Position numbers and translations under genes: made by a program. Below are positions 13,101 through 21,564 of a stretch of DNA of 64,000 nucleotides, one piece after another; within the stretch, counting starts at the first letter, position 1; each line of letters opens with the position of its first letter. Origin of the DNA: Hydrurus foetidus (Eukaryota). The DNA lies in the NCBI GenBank assembly GCA_900617105.1, contig UYFQ01000685.1, positions 62,001 through 126,000 on the forward strand, read 5' to 3'. The notes under the pieces were generated by a model, which was not told the DNA's origin, did not search any database, and worked only from the letters and a program-made list of their open reading frames with translations.

Positions 13101-16100
13101 TCTATGCCTCCACTTGCATACTTCACACCGTCACTCCCACTCCCACTTCCACCACTGTTCTCACTCCCATCCACATTCCCGCTCTTACTCCCATTCGCTA
13201 TACATACAGAGATGGACTTTGGACCTAACAGTGAAATCTGATGGGAATCTAGTGCGTCACTTTTAAAAGCCTCACCAGCAAGGGTTATTTTGACCATTTT
13301 TTCGACCACATTGGTGAGCATGAGAGGCATCTGTAGTTCTAAATGAGTGCTGAATACGTTGAGGCAATTCACCACTTGAAACACGTCATCCCATCGTATC
13401 GGATCAACGCCATTACTTCTTTCTCCCTCTTTCTCTCTGTCAATGCTTTTCTGTCCCTCTTTCTCTCCACCTCCACTCCCTCTGTCTCCTCTTTGACTGT
13501 CTCTACCTTTATACACTTCTACTGCGGAGTTAGGATTACCCTGTAATCGCTCTGTATGACGATAGTCAACTCTATTGCTGTCATCGCTATTGCTACCACT
13601 ACATCCGTCTACCAACAAATTTGACTTATCCACCGCACCATTTGACAGCCCTGATAAAAAGGCTTCATTGCATGTAAGAGCGCTTCGCAGCAATGCTTCT
13701 AAATGAGCTCTGCTGATATCTGGATCTACAGCTGTAGACTGCTCTCTCATAGAACGGTGTAAGAACGCACGGGAATGTTCTGTTTGTTCTTGGTATACTT
13801 CTTCTTCATCGAAGTATTGGAGAACTGATGCACAAGCATCACTCCTGACCCTCTTCAACTCCCCTCCAAAATCTTTTCTATACACCGCTCTGACCTTATT
13901 TCGATCGATGGCTTCACTTTTTCTTTTCTCTTTACTAAATTTCATCATCGATTTTTTATTTTCTTTCGCAAGCAATTCTTCTTGTTTTAATCGTTCTTTC
14001 GCTTCTCTATCTCCACCTTTTTTTCTCTTTAATTCTTCTTTTTCCAGATCTTTTCTTTCTTTTTCAACAGCAGCAAGTCTTTTTGCTTGTTCTTTCTCAT
14101 CCTCCTAAAATGTTACGAAAATCAGAGAAGTGATAAAAATTAATCAAAAGTGATTTTACAGCAAATTTATGTAATACACAAATTTTAAAACATAACATAA
14201 ATTTTATCTTTAATATATATGTTGTATTTTATTATTTCATAATAAGCGTGAAACTACATAGCACATAAATTCGATTGCCAATATGCTGCAAACTGTCAAC
14301 ACATCATATATGTGTTGCCAAGAGTATTTGTCGTGCCTCGTAACATTCACAAAATTTCGCTCTATTTGTATCTATATTTCTAATTTTAATTCTATCATTA
14401 TCGGGCTACTAGACATCGTAGGAACAGCAAAACACAAAGTAGCACAAATCAATTCATAAAACCGGCTTTACAATAATACTCACCAGTTTTCTCTTTTGCT
14501 GATCAGTATTTCGCTTTATATCTTGTGCGGTCAAAAATCTGCTCTGCTGTCTCTGTTGATTCCTTCTCTCTCGGTGACTTTTCGAGATGTGAGCCTGTTT
14601 AGCAGCCAACCAACCGTCCTACGCAGTTACGGGTTTTGGACATTTAGTGGGGCATTTAGAGAAGATTAGATGGTGAATAAGACGTTAGATGATTCTAATG
14701 GTGTCAATGTTGACGTGAATTTGACAGGATATCATGTGATGACACGTGGCAAAAGTAACAGAAAATTGATTTCATGTAAACTGCAGTATATTTCTTATCA
14801 AAAGGAATGTGTTCAAAGATTAAAATAGCAGTACGGTCTCAAGAATTCGCTTTTATACATACAACACGTGTAATAGAGTATACTGTATGCTTGTCTAATT
14901 ATGGCCGTAAATAGCCGTACATCTTCGACTAAAAAATAAACACCCTCACAGCAAATTGCTTCTAAAATTTAAAAACACCAAATAAAATAAAGAAAAGAAT
15001 GCACCAATGATACCTGATCAAAGTACGTGTCATTATATCCCCTTTCAGCATTAAATTTATAATCGTAGCAGCAATTCGCACCCACCATACCCTCTATTAA
15101 CAACTCCACTTTCAAGTTGAAGAAGGAAGGAACGAAATTCATCTCGGAAGATGGATCGAACTGATATATGTCAAATAAATTGTATGTATTAAAATGGGTT
15201 AATAATGTGAATTAAATGTAATAAACTGTGTACGTGCTTAGAATAAGTAGATCCTGCCACTAGATTGTGTGTATTATCAAAAGGAGTGGGCCAGAGACAG
15301 AAGAGATTCAAAGGAACGGAGAGGATGAACAGTGTATGATGTACGTAACTTCAACTTGCAATACATTTCCTTTGGAATAAGTACGCACCTTCTTCCAAAC
15401 AGAAGCTTCCGAAGAAGCCCAGAAGGACGGTCCTTTGTTCTCTGACGTCACTCGGAATTCTGGCAAACCATCTCTCTCTAATATTTCGCAAAGCACCTAG
15501 GAACAAAGTTGAGCAGGCGGTGATGAGTATTTGAGGGAGACAATTTTACTGGCACTTCTTCCCAACGAAACAATCTTTTCCGTGAGAGAAACTTTATTGT
15601 GAAACAATTGCCTTCAGAAAATTCAAATCAACAGAAATGATTATTGACAACAGTGGTTACCAATTCCATCAAATAGTCTACCACTACAGTAAAAAAAATT
15701 GAAGTTGCTGCAGTGCAACAGAATTACCGTAGATGATCTCACGAAAGAGCGACCACGTAGAGCCGGAGTGGCGGGAATAGAAAGTTCAGCAGTGTAGCCA
15801 ATCGGCCAGATATCAACAGGAGAGTGAAAGGCACTATTATCTGAATCTATGACACCAAAGCTGAGAACACGGATACCGTCCATGTCTACGGGGAGACCTT
15901 CCTCCTCCATCAAGTCGTTGAAATTGCTCTGAGAAGCTGCATATATGTCAGCCCTAGGAATATGAAGCTTATTCGCATTCAGTGCAACGCTTCTTTTTAC
16001 AGCGCTCAGAACATCGCTTTTGGAAGTCAGAATGTCACCATCAGGACCAGAGTATGTAACAATATACGATCCAGCAGGCAGTCTGCGATTTTTAGAAAGC

Positions 16101-16378
16101 TGAACATGCACTCTATATCCACCGAGTTCCTTCAAAGTATCAATTCCTTTACCCTCTAGATAATCCTTTAGATCGTTCCAGGCCTTCGTCTCGGAAGAGT
16201 TTGCCTCCGATCCACTTGCATCCCCATTGATTTTGGAATTGTTGGCTGAAGTTGATAATCTGCTATCATGATAATCGTCAAAATCATCATCATCCCCTGC
16301 ACCATCGTCATCAACTACCCTCTTCTTAATTGGTTTGCAGCTACTTTCAGTGCACGAAATTTCGTCATTCGATTTCAT
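1..16378 (-). CDS. Large multi-exon chromatin reader/remodeller subunit, MBD9/BAZ-like (MBD-like, FYRN/FYRC, DDT-like, bromodomain, two PHD fingers, WHIM/WSD motifs); 3' end runs off the window
   Basis: Exon translations: YIVTYSGPDGDILTSKSDV (MBD-like) and IRVLSFGVIDSDNSAFHSPVDIWPIGY (FYRN) in 15641-16378; CEILERDGLPEFRVT..SEASVWKK (15389-15496) and FFNLKVELLIEGMVGANCCYDYKF (~15014-15164; FYRC); WDDVFQVVNCLNVF (DDT-like, in 12512-13975); LNQLTWPEVARM and bromodomain FPDYYASVKRPM..DMRQVVLNCFAYN (10983-11910); PHD CGRCCGSFH..WFCPFC (9310-9800); PHD ILCDGCNAEAHMRC/LGMTAVPSTEWHCTVC (5083-5171, 4520-4640); RPLGIDSVGR/EYWRFP (WHIM2) and WKVITDLTQIRRIVEYL (WHIM3). GT-AG introns separate the exons. 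Confidence 0.8.
122..255. repeat. Intronic purine-rich 15-bp tandem repeat (AGAGAAGGGAGAGGA)n
   Basis: Unit repeated about 8 times, seen directly; it generates the spurious REGRG/SLLFL ORFs. Confidence 0.9.
3619..3745 (+). repeat. Dispersed intronic repeat family 1, copy a (copy b at 14633-14754)
   Basis: gttttggatatttagtggggcatataagagaagattagatggcgaataagac...gatgacacgtggcaaaa aligns over ~125 bp, in the same orientation, with 14633-14754. Confidence 0.85.
4805..5010. repeat. Intronic degenerate tandem repeat (~57-60-bp unit containing AGAGGGGTAGTGGGG...GGATAGG)
   Basis: Three to four imperfect copies visible by eye. Confidence 0.75.
5981..6062 (+). repeat. Dispersed intronic repeat family 2, copy a (copy b at 26491-26574)
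   Basis: agactgaaaac-ttttgggtatagttgaaatcaccatt...tttacattctaggactttctattct aligns with agactgaaaacacctttgggtacagttgagatcatcatt...tttacattttaggacattctattct. Confidence 0.75.
7125..7595. repeat. Intronic (GAAA)n / (GAAG)n microsatellite tract
   Basis: Seen directly; source of the KKER-repeat pseudo-ORFs. Confidence 0.9.
8088..8270. repeat. Intronic (CACTA)n pentanucleotide microsatellite
   Basis: Seen directly; source of the HYTTL pseudo-ORFs. Confidence 0.9.
9089..9247. mobile_element. MITE, Tourist/PIF-Harbinger-like (159 bp)
   Basis: 15-bp TIRs GGGTGATTCTATACG (9089-9103) / CGTATAGAATAACCC (9233-9247), one mismatch; TAA on both sides (9086-9088, 9248-9250); non-coding and intronic. Confidence 0.75.
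9956..10119. mobile_element. MITE with perfect 25-bp TIRs and 3-bp TGA TSD (164 bp)
   Basis: TATTGTGCCGGTCAAAACTAAACGG (9956-9980) / CCGTTTAGTTTTGACCGGCACAATA (10095-10119); TGA immediately outside both ends. Confidence 0.8.
14633..14754 (+). repeat. Dispersed intronic repeat family 1, copy b
   Basis: Aligns with 3619-3745; lies next to the 3' splice acceptor of the exon at ~14484-14618. Confidence 0.85.
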
Positions 16379-16864
16379 TACGGTTGTCTGCGAGCCTTCA
16401 ATGATAGTATTCTAAATATTGCACGATGGCAACCGAATTCGACTTTCTGGATCTTCGCGCCCAGAAATGTTTAAAGAGGGGTGATACATTCAACCACAGC
16501 GAATATATCGATGGGAAGCCTCGTGAAACTATTCCTCCAGAGCATAGCAGCCACTGTAGCAGCAGCGATATGATATTTGGTTAGATAACCAACTTTGGTA
16601 AGAGACGCACAACTTTGGTAAGGGAACGTACACAGCGTACAGTAATACTGTCGTGTGCTGTCGGTTGTAGCTGTAGGGCACGATATTACCATGGTAATAC
16701 TCTACCCTATTGAGTTACTGCTTTAACCTTCTGTTCCCACGGCAGTGTTTTTCCCCTATCTCTTCCTCGTGGAGATAATCTTGAAAACACTTCGAGATTA
16801 AGCACTATGACAGTGTTCTCGGCATCAAATTATTTTTCGATAATCATCCATGAATTAGATGTAA

Positions 16865-17034
16865 GGCTACAATTCACGGGAACGCTAAAAAGTTTCCCAT
16901 ATAATTTTTTGCCATAAAATATGCGGATAAAGGAAAACTTAACCATAAAAAAGGATACCTTAGCATAATAATATATACTTGGAGTAAAAATAATTTTATG
17001 GGAAAACTTTTTGGTGTTCCCTTGAATTGTAGCC
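16865..17034. mobile_element. MITE with ~45-bp imperfect TIRs (170 bp), Tourist/Harbinger-like
   Basis: Left GGCTACAATTCACGGGAACGCTAAAAAGTTTCCCATATAATT versus reverse complement of the right end GGCTACAATTCAAGGGAACACCAAAAAGTTTTCCCATAAAATT; flanks TAA / CAA (probably a mutated TAA TSD). Confidence 0.75.
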
Positions 17035-17500
17035 CAATACAGCGAATCCGCAAAGCTTCACGTACTTATTGGTGGAGAAATTTTTGTTCATATGAAGATC
17101 TTGGATGTGCATCTATAGTATTGACGATTATGTGACTTCAGAAATGCTCTTTGAAGAGACCTTTCGACAACATCTGGGAACCATTCTTTATGACCCTTAT
17201 AAAATTCATTTAATGACACAAAATCAACGAAATCGCCTGGGTAATTCAGGAACGGGACAGGAAACCCGCCTATGATGGCGTGCGAAAACGAACCGCTAAT
17301 TTTTTCCTCTGGGGGATTGTTTTATTTTCATTTTCCTGTACTGTACAAATTTATTGTTGAACATGAAACTTTTTTTACTCAATTCTCTGTCGCAGAGCCG
17401 TTGAATTCAATTTTCAGTTTCAAAAAGGTTAGGTATACCTATGTGTGATTGTGTTCGTTGATTTCAACGATACGCCAAGAGGCTACAGATTGCATCATTC

Positions 17501-18295
17501 GTGGCTTCAGAATGGAAGAAACAGTTGCGTCACAAAAAAACTATCAATGATTGCTGCGCATTCTCGGACAAATGCAAATATCGCATGTTCAGATGCCCTG
17601 TTGCATCTGAACCATACACATGTTTCTGCACCCATGACATTTCCCAGCATGAAATGATCAGTGTTACTGACGGAGTTGTTACACGTTTTCTTTCCGATGC
17701 GAAAAATTTACCACCACCAGCGACACCTGTTGCCACCAAGGACACCATCGAGCTGCAGAAACGTGGGATTTTTCTCCCATACGTCCACTCTGGACCATCA
17801 ACCATCAATCACCGAGGTGGATCTAAGCGTCCCATGGCAAGGGCTGCTGATAGGCCACCTCGCTCCTCCGTTGGCCGAGCACCTGTGGACTCAAACCTGG
17901 TCAACATCATCTGCTTGAAGCGAGAGGACAAGATTCCGACCAACGATCTGGAACGCTTGGAGATGGGGGCCAATTACTTGCCCGCGGGTCCACTGTCCAC
18001 TCACGCGAAGCTCCTCAAAGTGCTGAAGCTGGCGAGCACTTTAGAAGAGGATCTCGCCACAAAGTACTACTTCTTTGACCAAGGCGGGAAGTCCACGAAG
18101 AGCTGGAGCAAGAACTTCCCTGATGCTGCAATCATTGCTTGCCTGAGTAGATTACCTTGCATCTATATTCTGCCTAACTGCTACGATGACGAAGAATCTA
18201 ACTTCACTGACCCCGAAGAGACTGACTATTGTGAAATCCTCACTTCCGACCTGCCTGACGACGGCAATAAGATTTTTTTCTTTATCTTAATCTAA
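17501..18295 (+). CDS. Transposon-borne partner ORF (264 aa, intronless) with an N-terminal Cys/His cluster; function unknown, possibly truncated
   Basis: Long GC-richer ORF inside element A; motif CCAFSDKCKYRMFRCPVASEPYTCFCTHDISQH; an in-frame ATG at 17441 is separated from the ORF by a TGA at 17459-17461, so the true start is uncertain. Confidence 0.6.
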   Translation: MASEWKKQLRHKKTINDCCAFSDKCKYRMFRCPVASEPYTCFCTHDISQHEMISVTDGVVTRFLSDAKNLPPPATPVATKDTIELQKRGIFLPYVHSGPSTINHRGGSKRPMARAADRPPRSSVGRAPVDSNLVNIICLKREDKIPTNDLERLEMGANYLPAGPLSTHAKLLKVLKLASTLEEDLATKYYFFDQGGKSTKSWSKNFPDAAIIACLSRLPCIYILPNCYDDEESNFTDPEETDYCEILTSDLPDDGNKIFFFILI

Positions 18296-18438
18296 TTTAA
18301 TCTTATGGACCTTTATCAGATTTATTTTTGCAAGAAGATCATCATTTAAAATGTTTATATTTATCGGGGTCATCCCTAAAAATATATGCCTTCTTCACCA
18401 AAATATAAAGTTTTGTTGCAATAAAATAATAGGATTAA

Positions 18439-18639
18439 TTACAGTTGTGCTTGTTTAATTTGCGTAATATCATAACGGAGAGTTGAATAATAGCATTCCT
18501 CTAGATCTGCTGTAGGCGTTGCCATGCTTAGAGGTTGCACATTCAATTTGAATAAGGCTAAATTATGTGGACTAAGCGTGCATACAATAGGATCACATGG
18601 TACTCTATAATGCTCTGCTACGGCCTCATCTACATTCTC

Positions 18640-18670
<31 letters not shown>

Positions 18671-19030
18671 ACACCATATACATTTTCATCTAGTAATACA
18701 TCAGGTGCTATTGTATCCCTACGTAACAACTTCAATTGTAGGGATGTTCAGCAGACAAAGCATGATTATTCCATATATTTTTAAATAGATTTAGATCTTC
18801 TTGTATTCTAGGTATAAAAAGATACTGCAAAATGAACATGTGCCAGTCATCATCTATTCTCATACCCATTTTCTCAGATGACCTGGATAGGTCCATGTAG
18901 ATTTGTATGACCTTCTTCCTCACATCGCACCAAAGACGTTGGCTCCTCTACGAAGAAGAATCTTAAAATGTTCGATGCAGATGATAAAAACACCTTCGGA
19001 AACTGCGACGTTCTTGAACTTCTTCATGGT
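18439..19030 (-). pseudogene. Decayed integrase-core (DDE) transposase of element A
   Basis: Minus strand reads (Q)RLWCDVRKKVIQIYMDL..HMFILQYLFIPRIQEDLNLFKNIWNNHALSAEH, resembling the eukaryotic integrase-core signature (RIERLWRDV..LHYVFLPRIN..L..F...WNNH.LSTE), then frameshifts into a YGVD-polyD-..PL C-terminus. The N-terminal part of the catalytic core appears deleted near 18945. Confidence 0.75.
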
Positions 19031-19515
19031 CGCTCTTATCCCTCGGATAATTTTGGAATTGTCGCTATAGATAAGAAGTTCAGGCACGGGTTATTAGAAT
19101 CATTGTGAAGTATTGGTGCACAAGTCAGACATGAGATAGGAATGGAACAGCTGACGTTGCAGCCCCATGCAGTCAGCAAAAGTTTACCTCCATTCCAACG
19201 ACTCTCTCCGCAAGAACACGTCACAAACAGCCTCTGTGGCTGATGGGAGTTTTGCAAACGACCAGTACCGCAGGAAGAATTCTGAACTCTGCAGGTGTTG
19301 GTTTACTGCAGATTGCTCTAACGGCTGGAGTACAGAGAATCCTGTTTGAAAATATAGTCGCCGGCAGGGAAAATCGGAACTCAAAAAATATTCCGCCGCG
19401 GGGGGAAATTCGAACTTTTCCGGCGGAGAAATAGCGGCTCACTTCCGCACGCCATACCTATACCCGACATCCATCGCTGCTGCGACGTACTTCTCTCTCT
19501 GCTCTCGCTCTCTGC

Positions 19516-21381
19516 TATGGCGTGCCAAAGGTGTTTTTATTATTTTCACCGTTTTCCCGAGGATCCCGTACTTTTCTTTCTCCGCTCCTACCCTCGCATC
19601 TCCAAACTCCAAACCATCGTACTCCTCTCAACTCATAGCACTGTAGAAAATGCAGCTTCACTCCAGTTGGAAAAGTGAATCAGCAGTTCCTCAAGATGCC
19701 TATCATAGCAGCTATAGCCGCTACTACTACCTTTGGAAATTTTCATCACGAGAGAAATCAAGCATCCCGAAGACTCATGAAAACAGGAGATTTCACCATC
19801 TCCAAACCATACAGAGTATCTGCGACAGCAGGTAAGACTCTTCTAACGCTTGATTCTTGCTTGAACATGCACAAAAATCTAGCTACTGAACTTTAATACG
19901 TCAAAGGCTGACGCCAAATGTTCCATTCCACCGAAAATTTTTGATGCCATTTTTGTCTAAAAAAATAGTTCCTCTCTATTTTGCAACTGAGCCGCTCAAT
20001 TCACACGAAATTCTGAGGGAAGTAGCAAAGTATATCTGTCATGATGCTTGCAAATTCTTAGCGTCTCATGTATTATGTGGCATTTGCTGTTATAGTTACA
20101 AGCGTTCAAAAACATCACCTCAATATCACCATCACTTTTGCAAATATCTCGCGGATTATTACTCTGCTGATAGAATAGAATATTGTGGTCATTACATTAC
20201 ACACTGAATAGAATGTCTTGAAGATTTCGAAGTAGAGCATAACAAATTGTAATTAAAAGCATTCTTATCCTGAGAAAAGTGCTCTTTCATGGACAGCTTT
20301 TGAAACTCCTGACTGCTTATGCAAAATGCCGCTTGTGAAACGGCGGTTCAAAGAACCAGTCTAGCTTTTCTTGAGGCTCGAGTGCAAGGGGCAATGGGCT
20401 TTTATCTCCTTGGACAATTCTGGGTCAGCAGCACGCTAAGCACAGAGAAATTGCTGATGTTTCTCTAGTAAATAGGCAGAGATGAAATAGCTCCGGTTGC
20501 AACATCCTCTGAACAACTTCAAATAAGTGCACTGCTACCAGCGCTAGGAAACAATTTTCTAATTTAGTTTCGCTGACAGCATTCTGCAGAAGCATATAGA
20601 AGATTCAAAAGCTGTCCATGAAAGAGCACTTTTCTCAGGATAAGAATGCTTTTAATTACAATTTGTTATGCTCTACTTCGAAATCTTCAAGACATTCTAT
20701 TCAGTGTGTAATGTAATGACCACAATATTCTATTCTATCAGCAGAGTAATAATCCGCGAGATATTTGCAAAAGTGATGGTGATATTGAGGTGATGTTTTT
20801 GAACGCTTGTAACTATAACAGCAAATGCCACATAATACATGAGACGCTAAGAATTTGCAAGCATCATGACAGATATACTTTGCTACTTCCCTCAGAATTT
20901 CGTGTGAATTGAGCGGCTCAGTTGCAAAATAGAGAGGAACTATTTTTTTAGACCATCAAAAATTTTCGGTGGAATGGAACATTTGGCGTCAGCCTTTGGC
21001 GTATTAAAGTTCAGTAGCTAGATTTTTGTGCATGTTCAAGCAAGAATCAAGCGTTAGAAGAGTCTTATCTGTCGCAGATACTCTGTATGGTTTGGAGATG
21101 GTGAAATCTCCTGTTTTCATGAGTCTTCGGGATGCTTGATTTCTCTCGTGATGAAAATTTCCAAAGGTAGTAGTAGCGGCTATAGCTGCTATGATAGGCA
21201 TCTTGAGGAACTGCTGATTCACTTTTCCAACTGGAGTGAAGCTGCATTTTCTACAGTGCTATGAGTTGAGAGGAGTACGATGGTTTGGAGTTTGGAGATG
21301 CGAGGGTAGGAGCGGAGAAAGAAAAGTACGGGATCCTCGGGAAAACGGTGAAAATAATAAAAACACCTTTGGCACGCCATA
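19516..21381. mobile_element. Element B: foldback (palindromic) non-autonomous transposon, same terminus as element A (1866 bp)
   Basis: Arms 19516-20304 (789 bp) and 20604-21381 (778 bp) are reverse complements, with a 3-bp and an 8-bp indel and about 2 substitutions noticed; 299-bp spacer; termini TATGGCGTGCC...GGCACGCCATA; perfect 5-bp TSD TCTGC (19511-19515, 21382-21386). Confidence 0.92.
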
Positions 21382-21564
21382 TCTGCCCTCTGTCCATCGA
21401 AGACTTTCATAGTCCATACTTCACAGTCTCTTCCTTTCACGGATTTCATCTACTCGGGCAGGATCAGCTACAGATGCATTGTTGGACCGGCGGAAAATCT
21501 GTCAGAAACTGAAATCCCTAGGAAGAGAGGTCGATGTTTTTCGTACCACTGATTGTATGAGATA

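Larger units (their letters stand above)
17274..19456. mobile_element. Element A: two-gene DNA transposon, IS3EU-like, decayed (2183 bp)
   Basis: Imperfect ~27-bp TIRs (left GATGGCGTGCGAAAACGAACCGCTA; right reverse complement TATGGCGTGCGGAAGTGAGCCGCTA); perfect 5-bp TSD CCTAT at 17269-17273 and 19457-19461; contains convergent ORFs, one an integrase-core remnant. Confidence 0.85.

Noticed and set aside
17459..17461. In-frame TGA as possible selenocysteine or readthrough in the transposon partner ORF
   Set aside because: No SECIS identified, and the element is otherwise decayed, so a nonsense mutation or alternative start/splice is simpler.
19650..21247. Duplicated 60-73-aa ORFs on opposite strands (MQLHSSWK..., MNQQFLKM...)
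   Set aside because: A by-product of the inverted arms of element B; short, no ATG start for some, and no recognisable domain.
19516..21381. Palindrome as a long-read fold-back assembly artefact
   Set aside because: The arms differ by discrete indels, enclose a distinct 299-bp spacer, end in the same terminus as element A and are bounded by a TSD, with non-inverted flanks. Read confirmation is still advisable.
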